Of a DNA stretch of 21,445 nt, positions 7,527 to 15,998 are shown in pieces. The notes below the pieces were generated by a model. The model searched no databases and was not told the DNA's origin. It saw only the letters and a list, made by a program, of their open reading frames with translations. A program made the position numbers and the translations under genes. This DNA is from Promethearchaeota archaeon (GTDB lineage: Archaea; Asgardarchaeota; Lokiarchaeia; Sigyniarchaeales; SOKP01): NCBI GenBank assembly GCA_048939995.1, contig JBHLOY010000026.1, positions 1 to 21,445 of the forward strand, written 5' to 3'. The stretch's first letter is position 1; every line of letters begins with the position of its first letter.

Positions 7527-10500
7527 TTAAGTCCCCTCCTTTACTTTCTTCTTTTTAGATTCGAATCTATCACCAGTTTTCGGTAAGGGTCCAATTTTTT
7601 TTACTTTATTTACAAATTCTGTTACTACTTGAGAAAAACGCTTTCCTTCACTTGCGGAAACCCATTCAAGCTGAAATCGATCCGAACTTATTCCTACTTT
7701 TTCTAGCAAAACTTTGATTTCATTATATCGTTTAAGCATGTCATAATTACCTTCTAAATAATGGCAATCTCCAATATGGCATCCACCAATAAATACCCCA
7801 TCGGCACCTTCTAAAAAAGCTTGCAAAATGAAATGTTTTGGGATTCTTCCTGTACACATTACCCTAATAGGTCTAATATTTGTTGGGTATTGAAATCGAC
7901 TTACACCACATGTATCTGCTCCAGCATAACTACACCAGTTACATAAAAATGCAATAATACGAGGTCTCTCATCAACAAATTCTCCTCTAACAGCCTCATG
8001 AATCATAGGGTATATTTGTTCGTCAGCAAAATGGCTCATTGTAATAGCTCCTGCTGGACATGCTGCCGAACAATCCCCACATCCTTTACACAATAAAGGA
8101 TTAGATTGTGAAACTAAAATAGGATTATCAAAGTTGACACCAATGGCACCAAAATTACAGACTTCTTCACATTTTTGGCAGGCTATACATAATGCAGGAT
8201 TTACTACTGAAACTAAAGGTTCGTTTTCAACCTCTCCAGAGAGGAGTGGAATTAAAGCATGAGCCGCAGCACCTCTAGCTTGTGAAATTGAATCGGAGAT
8301 TCCTTTAGGGCTATGACAAGTTCCTGCTAAAAATATTCCATCTGTAGCAAAATCAACGGGCCTTAATTTTACATGAGCTTCTAAGAAAAATCCATTCTGA
8401 TCTCTAGCGCATTTTATCATTTCTCCTAATTTTTGAGTATCGTGGGGAATTAATGGTGTTGAAAGTACTAATCTATCTGCTTCAATTGTAAGATCAGTTT
8501 GAGTTAAGATATCTTGTACTCTTACCTTCAATTGTCCATTTTTATTATCAACAGTTGGATATTCATTAAATCGAATATAATTTATATTCTCTCGAGCTTT
8601 CCAATAAAAAGGCTCTTCTTCAGTTCCAACTCGTATATCTCGATAAAGCACGTAAATATTTGAATTAGGATATGTCTCTTTTACATATAAAGCATGTCTA
8701 ATGGATTCAGAACAACAAATCAGAGAACAATATGTGACTCCATTACCTCCTTCTGGTTGGCGTGACCCTACGCAATGAATAAAAACAAGTGTTTCACCGT
8801 CTTTTAATTCTTTATTTCTTAATATTCCTGATAACTCTAATTGAGTAATAACATTTTTATTCTCACCATAATGATACCACCCTATAGGTTTATACTCATA
8901 AGCACCAGTAGCAATAATTATAGTTCCAACATTTAGGTTAATAGTATTGTCTTCTGGAATATTTCTTAACTTAACCTTAAAATCACCAATTGAACCTTTT
9001 ACCTCGATTACTTCAGAATTTAAATAGCTACTTATATTTTTCAGATTATTATAGTCTTTTAATTGATTTTTTAGATATGTTTCAGAGTCGATTCTATCAG
9101 AATTAATTTTATAAATTAGATTTAACTGCCCTCCTAACTTGTCTTCTTTTTCAACCAGATGTACTCTAAATCCTTTATTAGCGATGTCCATTGCTGCACT
9201 CATCCCTGTAACTCCTCCTCCGACTATTAGTGCTTCCGGAATAACCTTACCTTTAATCTTGTATTCTGGTTTCTGATAAATTGCTCTGGCTACACCCATC
9301 CTTATTAAATCTTTAGCTTTATCTGTTGCTTTTACATTGTCTTTCATATGAACCCAAGAATCTAGTTCCCGTATACTAACAAAATTGAAAAGATATTCGT
9401 TTAGTCCAGCTTCTCTAATAGTTTTTTGAAACAATGGTTCATGAGTCCGTGGTGTACATGCAGCAACCACCACACGGTTCAGATTAAGTTCTTCAATTTT
9501 ATCTTTTATGATATCTTGGGTTAATTGCGAACAACTGTATTTATTTTCTTCCGAATAGACTACATTGGGAAGGGTTTTAGCATATTCTACTAAAGAAGGT
9601 ACATCAATATAACCTGCAATATTAATACCACATCGACAAATAAAAACTCCTATACGTGGTTCATCACCCGACAAAATGTTTTTCAAAGGCGGTAATTGAA
9701 TTTTTTGATCCTCCTCACTTAAGGGTGTAGCGTGACTCGCTGCTAGCGCAGCAGCACCACCTGCTTTAGCAACTGAATTGGCTATATCGTCTGGAGATTG
9801 ACAGGAACCAGTTACATAGATTCCGGGTTTAGTAGATCTTAAATCTTCTGTTGAATCAGCTGTTTTAAAAAACCCAAATTCATTTTGTTCAATCCCTAGA
9901 ATTTTAGCGAGTTTATCAGCATCATTCCGTGGAGTTACAGCATTCGCGAGTACTACAAGATCATATTCATCAACATCAACTTCTCCAGTATCTAAATTAG
10001 CTGATTTTACGATTAGATTGTGATTTTCTGGATTTTCTCTAACATCTCCGGGGATACCATGATGATACTCTAACTTATATTCTTCTCTTGCCCGTACGGT
10101 AAATTCATCCTGATTTTTTCCAATAACTCTAAGATCATTGAAGTAAATGGTGACATTTGTATCAGGAGAATGTTCTCTCGTAACTACAGCTTCCTTTGTT
10201 TGATACATGCAACAAAATTTAGAACAATATGCGCATAAATCTTCATTTCTAGAACCAACACAACTGATAAATGCTATTTTATGAGCATGTGCTTTATCTG
10301 AAGGACGTAAAATCTCTCCCCCCGTGGGACCAGATGCACTTAATAAGCGTTCATATTGCATGGCAGTTATTACATTCGGATATTCTCCATAGTGATATCT
10401 ATCTAATACTGAAGGATTAAGCTGGTCAAAGCCTGTTGCTACAATTATAGAAGCTACTTTATAATTTACAATTTCATCTTTATCTTCCCAATTAATAGCA

Positions 10501-11015
10501 CCTGCTTCACATTCCTTTTCACAGATTTTACAGGCATTTTTTGTTAAATATAGGCATTTTTCTGGGTCTATTACTGCTTTACGTGGAACTGCCTGAGGAA
10601 ATGGAATGTAAATTGCTGTCCTATTACCCATACTTTCCTCAAATTCGGAGGGAATTTTTTTCATTGGGCATTTTTCAGAGCATACTGCACAACCTGTGCA
10701 TACGTCCCAATTTACATACTTAGCCTTCTTTAAAACTTTAACATCAAATTCTCCTTCTGAACCATTTACTTCTTGTATCTCAGAATATACTAATAAATCA
10801 ACGTTCGGGTGACGAGATACTTCAACCATTTTTGGGGCCAAAATACAGATTGAGCAATCTAAAGTAGGAAATGTTTTATCTAACTGCGCCATCCTGCCAC
10901 CAACGGAGGATGTTCTTTCAACAAGAATTACTTTATAACCTTGTTCAGCTAATGTAAGACTTGCCTCTATCCCTGATATTCCACCACCAACAATCATTAT
11001 ATTATTACTTGCCAT
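7527..11015 (-). CDS. hdrA: Heterodisulfide reductase subunit A-like fusion: two HdrA flavin modules plus C-terminal MvhD domain
   Basis: Module 1: VGGGISG, GGRMAQLDKTFPTLDCSICIL, ferredoxin insert, CVGSR..CSKFCCMY. Module 2 (from ~9660 down): RIGVFICRCG, AACTP, VGGGVTG, CVGSR..CSLICC, two CxxCxxCxxxC. MvhD domain (~7970-7527): FLCNWCSYAGAD, RVMCTGR, GCHIGDCHY, WVSASEG. Confidence 0.95.
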   Translation of the reverse strand: MASNNIMIVGGGISGIEASLTLAEQGYKVILVERTSSVGGRMAQLDKTFPTLDCSICILAPKMVEVSRHPNVDLLVYSEIQEVNGSEGEFDVKVLKKAKYVNWDVCTGCAVCSEKCPMKKIPSEFEESMGNRTAIYIPFPQAVPRKAVIDPEKCLYLTKNACKICEKECEAGAINWEDKDEIVNYKVASIIVATGFDQLNPSVLDRYHYGEYPNVITAMQYERLLSASGPTGGEILRPSDKAHAHKIAFISCVGSRNEDLCAYCSKFCCMYQTKEAVVTREHSPDTNVTIYFNDLRVIGKNQDEFTVRAREEYKLEYHHGIPGDVRENPENHNLIVKSANLDTGEVDVDEYDLVVLANAVTPRNDADKLAKILGIEQNEFGFFKTADSTEDLRSTKPGIYVTGSCQSPDDIANSVAKAGGAAALAASHATPLSEEDQKIQLPPLKNILSGDEPRIGVFICRCGINIAGYIDVPSLVEYAKTLPNVVYSEENKYSCSQLTQDIIKDKIEELNLNRVVVAACTPRTHEPLFQKTIREAGLNEYLFNFVSIRELDSWVHMKDNVKATDKAKDLIRMGVARAIYQKPEYKIKGKVIPEALIVGGGVTGMSAAMDIANKGFRVHLVEKEDKLGGQLNLIYKINSDRIDSETYLKNQLKDYNNLKNISSYLNSEVIEVKGSIGDFKVKLRNIPEDNTINLNVGTIIIATGAYEYKPIGWYHYGENKNVITQLELSGILRNKELKDGETLVFIHCVGSRQPEGGNGVTYCSLICCSESIRHALYVKETYPNSNIYVLYRDIRVGTEEEPFYWKARENINYIRFNEYPTVDNKNGQLKVRVQDILTQTDLTIEADRLVLSTPLIPHDTQKLGEMIKCARDQNGFFLEAHVKLRPVDFATDGIFLAGTCHSPKGISDSISQARGAAAHALIPLLSGEVENEPLVSVVNPALCIACQKCEEVCNFGAIGVNFDNPILVSQSNPLLCKGCGDCSAACPAGAITMSHFADEQIYPMIHEAVRGEFVDERPRIIAFLCNWCSYAGADTCGVSRFQYPTNIRPIRVMCTGRIPKHFILQAFLEGADGVFIGGCHIGDCHYLEGNYDMLKRYNEIKVLLEKVGISSDRFQLEWVSASEGKRFSQVVTEFVNKVKKIGPLPKTGDRFESKKKKVKEGT

Positions 11016-11142
11016 ATTTGATCATTTTTTATTTCTAAATTATGTTTTTCCAATATTTTTCTAAAATAAATAGCCCTTTTTGAAAATGATTGTTTAGTTT
11101 AAAAACTAATATCGTTATAATTAACAAATTAAATCATATATC

Positions 11143-11158
11143 TATATAAATATTTCCT
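11143..11158 (-). promoter_or_regulatory. Archaeal BRE/TATA promoter candidate for the hdr-met operon
   Basis: The minus strand reads AGGAAATA-TTTATATA, about 130 nt upstream of the hdrA ATG. Confidence 0.55.
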
Positions 11159-11227
11159 AAATTGGATTTTTTTTGTCAAATTTATATTGTTTTTGATCAT
11201 TTTTAAGATAAAATCTAAGGGATTTAG

Positions 11228-11252
11228 TAACTTTTTTTAACAAAAAAAGTTA
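11228..11252. repeat. Perfect 11-bp inverted repeat with 3-nt spacer
   Basis: TAACTTTTTTT-AAC-AAAAAAAGTTA lies between the pepD stop and the hdrA promoter. Confidence 0.6.
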
Positions 11253-11363
11253 AACTTGATTAATAGAGCTTGATCTAATAAAATTTGAATGACAGATATG
11301 AGATTTAATTATTTTAAAAATCAAATGTTTTTAACAGTTTTTAGGAATTTAAGAGCAATAGAC

Positions 11364-12884
11364 TTATCTCTTTTCAGTTCTTTTTATGTTATTGAGAATA
11401 GCTATTAAGAATCTCCATATTTTTTCAACACTACTAATTTTCAACCGCTCATTTGGAGAATGGCCATCTTTAATTGTTGGTCCAATTGAAATCATTTCCA
11501 TATTAGGGAAATATTTAGTAAAAGAATTACATTCACATGTTCCGTGGGTTGCGTTGATTTTAGCCTCTATGTTAAATAATTTCTGATATATCTCTCGAGC
11601 TAAGTTTAAAAAATTTAAATTAAAATTTGGAGACCAGCTTGGATAATCTAAATCAAATAAAATACTAAATTTCAAGTCCATCATATTTAAAAGATCAAAA
11701 ATTTTTTCATTTAATACGTATTTTTCATATTCAGAAGAACTTCTTTGAAGTGTCTGGAAAATTATTCTACTTTCTTCTGTTTTTAGTGTTCCTAGATTAG
11801 AAGAAGTCTGAACTAAATCTTTTATTTTTGGATGCATTGAAATCAGTCCATCTGGTATAAGATATAAATAACTTAACAATTTATTCTGAAAATTTTCTTG
11901 AAAGCTAGTGTAATCTGAATAATCTAGTAATTTTTGAACAGAAATTCTAATAGTTTTCTCAATTCCATTGAATAGATCCTTAATATAGCTAAAAATATCT
12001 TGAATAAAAGTATTTATTTTAGAAAAGCTGCTCTTCTCAGCATAAATTACCACTTGAGATTCTCTAGGTATTGAATTATGATGAGTGCCTCCGTTTAAAG
12101 AATTAATATAAATTTTGAATTTCTTATTCAATTTCCATAATATTTGTGAGAGAAGCTTTATTGCATTAGCACGCCCTTTATTAATATCAACTCCTGAATG
12201 ACCCCCTATTAAATCCCCTAAGGAAATTTTAATTGGGATAAGTTCTGTTTCATTACCTTCTAAAGATTTTCTTTTTATTTTTAATTCAATTATATTATGT
12301 ATTAATCCAGCGGATCCTATTATAATCTCATTCTCATCTTCGGCATCAAGATTTATTAAATAATCACTGCAAATTAAACTAGTGTCTAATTGAAGGATAC
12401 CCATACCTTTCCCTTCCTCATCTACAGTGAACACTAAATCTAATTCTAAAGGAGCAAAATTCAGCTCCCCATTATACACTTTTTTCATTATTGATAGTTG
12501 ATACGCAATACCAACACCATTATCTGCCCCCAAGGTTGTACCTTCCGCAGTTAACCACGTTTCGTGATCTTCATCTATAAGTTTTAATTTTAATGGATCT
12601 TTCGAAAAATCATGTTGTACTCCCTCTATCTTATTACATACCATATCCATATGGCATTGTAAAACTATTTTTAATTGTTTTTCTGAGTTCTGCGCTTTTG
12701 ATGGAATTTTTACAACGATGTTTCCTACTTGATCAATTTCCACAAGGAATTTGAACCTCTCAGCTTCTTTCCTTATAAACTCCCTTATTTGGGTTTCGTT
12801 TCTTGTACACCTTGGGATTCTAGAGATTTGGTATAAATAATCCCAGAATTCTGGTGGATTACCTAATAATGCTAAATTTTCCAC
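11364..12884 (-). CDS. pepD: Aminoacyl-histidine dipeptidase (peptidase M20C)
   Basis: LQCHMDMV, GTTLGADNG, TVDEE, GGHSG.DI..GRANA, SIGPT and HSPNER. GTG start. Confidence 0.92.
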   Translation of the reverse strand: MENLALLGNPPEFWDYLYQISRIPRCTRNETQIREFIRKEAERFKFLVEIDQVGNIVVKIPSKAQNSEKQLKIVLQCHMDMVCNKIEGVQHDFSKDPLKLKLIDEDHETWLTAEGTTLGADNGVGIAYQLSIMKKVYNGELNFAPLELDLVFTVDEEGKGMGILQLDTSLICSDYLINLDAEDENEIIIGSAGLIHNIIELKIKRKSLEGNETELIPIKISLGDLIGGHSGVDINKGRANAIKLLSQILWKLNKKFKIYINSLNGGTHHNSIPRESQVVIYAEKSSFSKINTFIQDIFSYIKDLFNGIEKTIRISVQKLLDYSDYTSFQENFQNKLLSYLYLIPDGLISMHPKIKDLVQTSSNLGTLKTEESRIIFQTLQRSSSEYEKYVLNEKIFDLLNMMDLKFSILFDLDYPSWSPNFNLNFLNLAREIYQKLFNIEAKINATHGTCECNSFTKYFPNMEMISIGPTIKDGHSPNERLKISSVEKIWRFLIAILNNIKRTEKR

Positions 12885-13227
12885 TTTATTTACACCGCAT
12901 AAAAAATATTTGCTTTGATTGAATTAATTTAATATTATTCCATACTCTTTTTTAATATTATCTAAATCTTTAATTATGAAGCCGTGTTAATGGGTAGGAA
13001 GTATTATACACCCTATAAAATTTAATTATTATTATCTAAGTAAATAATAAAAGAAAAGAATCAATATTTAAGCAATCTTATGCTAAAGATACCTTCAAAA
13101 TTATAGATTAATTATTATTTGATGAATTTAAACAGACTCATATTATCTATATATTAATCGAAATAATAAAACAAAAAAAGTTAATAGAACAATAATAAAA
13201 CATAATTGAGAACTTAACTTCGACAAA

Positions 13228-13908
13228 ATGAAAATCGTTGTATCAGGTCCATTACAATGTGGAAAATCGTCTTTCATTAAACATTTTGATGAAAATGCTT
13301 TAAATGTTGAGGCAAAGGCAAGGGATAATAAGTATTATACTGTTGGTATGGACTTAGGATGTGTAAAGTTAAATGGTTTTGATGTATTTCTTTTTGGAAC
13401 TCCGGGATTACTAAGATTTAACGTTATGAGAGATGTTGTTTTAAAAGGGACTGATGGGATTATTTTTATATTTGATGCGGCTCATCCTGAGAAAGATGAA
13501 GATGCGATTATAATTTTAAACTCAATAAGGAAAGTAATTAAGCAAGATGTTCCAATTATATTTTTAGCTAATAAACAGGATATGGCAGGAGCAAGGCATC
13601 CTGAAGTTTTAAGGGCTCAAAATTACTTACCTCAAGAGGCAGTAGTTTTTCCCACAAGTACAAGAACAGGAGAAAATCTTGATGACGTATTAAAGCAACT
13701 TGTTAATCAAATTTATGAACATTATGCTTCCTTAATCGAAATATTACGCACTTATGAAGACAATATCGAAGGTTTAGCAGAAAAATTAAAGAAAGATCCA
13801 ATTGAAATGAGAGATTTCTTAAATAATCTTGAAATAAAACGTTTTATTGAAATTGATCGTTTTAGTCGAACTTTTAAAGTCAAAGAAGGATTAAAAATTT
13901 TAATCTAA
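13228..13908 (+). CDS. Small GTPase (MglA/CvnD-like ATP/GTP-binding family) with C-terminal winged-helix-like extension
   Basis: G1 GPLQCGKS, G2 TVGMD, G3 FGTPG, G4 NKQD and G5 PTST, plus about 60 extra C-terminal residues. Confidence 0.88.
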   Translation: MKIVVSGPLQCGKSSFIKHFDENALNVEAKARDNKYYTVGMDLGCVKLNGFDVFLFGTPGLLRFNVMRDVVLKGTDGIIFIFDAAHPEKDEDAIIILNSIRKVIKQDVPIIFLANKQDMAGARHPEVLRAQNYLPQEAVVFPTSTRTGENLDDVLKQLVNQIYEHYASLIEILRTYEDNIEGLAEKLKKDPIEMRDFLNNLEIKRFIEIDRFSRTFKVKEGLKILI

Positions 13909-13925
13909 TTATTAAGCGGTTCTTT

Positions 13926-15836
13926 TTAGGAAATATCTAAGGGAGAAATTTCATCATTATTATGTTTGATGCTTAATTCATTTAAATCACTTATTTGCTG
14001 ATTAAGAATATTCCAGAAGAATTTAGGTACATCTTTCTCACTCAGATACATTTTTTTTATTCTCTCTAATTTTCCAATTACTTTTTTTATTCTAATTGAA
14101 AATTGTTGTCTATAATCATGCTGTGAATATTCTTTGTTAAGATAGATGCTAAATAAATATTTTAAATCGTTATATTTTGGAATATAGCCAATAGGGGTTT
14201 TAATCCCATCAAATTCATTATGTGTTCGACCCTCAGCCCACATAATCCATACTAATTTATCTAATATTCCATTCAGATATTTCCCTTCTTTATTTTTTAG
14301 AAAATAATTTGTGGCAAACACTTTAGGTGGAAACTTTAGACGAGACCCAAAACGTTGATGATTAGTTAAATATTTTGATAAAGGAACGACTAAGAAATCA
14401 AGATTAGCCATTGGTTGCTGAGTTCTAACTCCTTCTGCACCAATTGTAGCTGAAGTTGTTTCAGATTCAATAGAAGCTCCTAAAAAAACACCATGTTCCC
14501 AGTTAAGACTTTGAACTACTGGAGGCATTGTATCACTATCCCGGCCCCCATAAAGAATCCCATGGACTGGTACTCCGTCTGGATTATGGAGATTCTCATC
14601 TGCATTTCTTAATTCTTCTATACGAATAGTATAACGAGCATTTGGATGAGCATGTGGTATTTCTACTCCATTATCATCTTTTTTTCCTTTATCCCAATCA
14701 CCTGAAAAATTAAAACCACTATCTGGAATTTCTCTTCCATCTCCGATCCAATAAGGTGTTCCATCTTTTACTAAAACATTCGAAAAAATGGTTTCTCGAG
14801 GTGTTGTAAGAGCCTTAAATATCACAGGATCATCTTTAGCATTTACATCTTTAATAATTCCAAAAATTCCTCTTTCAATATTTACTGTGTGCGCATATCC
14901 ATCATCCCAGACTCGAAGATAGGCTATATCATCTCCAATAATAGTTTGACCGGGAAGCATTGCTGTTGACGTCTTGCCACATGCCGACGGAAATGCGCCA
15001 CAAAAAAATGAAGACCTGTTCTTTCCTTTTGGATGAAGGCTCATTATAAAGTAATGTTCGGCTAGCCAATCTTCATTGTTTGCTTTATAAATTGCTAAAC
15101 GTAAGGCAAGTTTTTTTAATCCGAGTGAATTTCCAGCATATTGATTATTTACTGAAAGTACACTCCCTTCTTGTAGATCAATATATATTCTACGCTTCTT
15201 TAAATTTTTTGTAACGGGTGGATCTCCATATAGTTCTCCTGAAGAATGTATAAAATAGAAAAAGTCTTCGGAATCATTCAAACTCTTAAATTCTTCATAT
15301 CCTGCTCGGTACAGGAGGTCTTCTGAATGAGCTACATAGAAAGAATCAGTTAATTGGAGAGCGAGTAACGAAAATTTAGAGTTTTTTGGTCCTAAACAGT
15401 AAAATCTAACTAAGCATTCATGTCCATTCATACAACCATCCATTATTTGTAAGACTTCTTTTAAACCTTCTTCTCGATCCATAGTATTTATCCAAGGATA
15501 TGCATCCTCTTCTTTTTTTGGAACTAAAACTTGTGTATTTTCTTTATCTCTTGCTTGATCATGATTTGACATATTAATAAATCCATCGTAATGAACTGTA
15601 TGCCCTTCTAAAGATAATGGTGTCTCTTCTTTAATTTCTATTGCTTTCTGCATAACATAATTAATATCTTCTTCTGTATCTGAAATGACTGTGATTTTAC
15701 TAGGTTTACATAAATCAACAAATTCCTTCACAATCTTTAGTACTTTTCTATTATTCAAGGCATAAAGCTTTTCAAAATTCTCTCGTGTTAATATTTTAGC
15801 TTCAATATATTGCTCAAAATGGTTAATATAATTCAT
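13926..15836 (-). CDS. pckG: Phosphoenolpyruvate carboxykinase (GTP)
   Basis: DQARD, YAGNSLGLKK, WLAEH, AFPSACGKT, GDDIA, HPNARY and YGGRD. Confidence 0.95.
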   Translation of the reverse strand: MNYINHFEQYIEAKILTRENFEKLYALNNRKVLKIVKEFVDLCKPSKITVISDTEEDINYVMQKAIEIKEETPLSLEGHTVHYDGFINMSNHDQARDKENTQVLVPKKEEDAYPWINTMDREEGLKEVLQIMDGCMNGHECLVRFYCLGPKNSKFSLLALQLTDSFYVAHSEDLLYRAGYEEFKSLNDSEDFFYFIHSSGELYGDPPVTKNLKKRRIYIDLQEGSVLSVNNQYAGNSLGLKKLALRLAIYKANNEDWLAEHYFIMSLHPKGKNRSSFFCGAFPSACGKTSTAMLPGQTIIGDDIAYLRVWDDGYAHTVNIERGIFGIIKDVNAKDDPVIFKALTTPRETIFSNVLVKDGTPYWIGDGREIPDSGFNFSGDWDKGKKDDNGVEIPHAHPNARYTIRIEELRNADENLHNPDGVPVHGILYGGRDSDTMPPVVQSLNWEHGVFLGASIESETTSATIGAEGVRTQQPMANLDFLVVPLSKYLTNHQRFGSRLKFPPKVFATNYFLKNKEGKYLNGILDKLVWIMWAEGRTHNEFDGIKTPIGYIPKYNDLKYLFSIYLNKEYSQHDYRQQFSIRIKKVIGKLERIKKMYLSEKDVPKFFWNILNQQISDLNELSIKHNNDEISPLDIS

Positions 15837-15966
15837 ATTAAGTGCTTGAATTTAAATTAAAATATTAAATAGAATATGCTTAAACAAAAGAAAGATTGTT
15901 AAAAAGTTAGACGATTTTCAATGTGGCAATATTTACCCATTTTTAAAAATTGATTAGTTTGGTTAT

Positions 15967-15998
15967 AAAAAAAAAATTTAAAAAAACGAAAAAAAAAA
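15967..15998 (-). terminator. Oligo-T terminator candidate for the thermosome gene
   Basis: Three A-runs on + (T-runs on -) lie immediately after the stop codon at 15999. Confidence 0.5.

Noticed and set aside
7527-11015. Selenocysteine recoding or SECIS in HdrA/MvhD (known selenoprotein families in some archaea)
   Set aside because: The reading frame is continuous with no in-frame TGA, the relevant ligands are Cys, and no SECIS-like hairpin was recognised.
6105-11015. Evidence for methanogenesis or sulfate reduction (Qmo/Apr)
   Set aside because: No mcr, mtr, apr or dsr genes are in the window, and the context is metVF.
10541-11586. Short + strand ORFs 10541-10723 and 11386-11586
   Set aside because: Antisense shadows of hdrA and pepD.
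12990-13025. Mini-ORF MGRKYYTPYKI and a weak GGGT...ACCC hairpin in the pepD/GTPase intergenic region
   Set aside because: Too short, the stem is weak, and the 11-nt match to the GTPase KYYT codons is compatible with chance.
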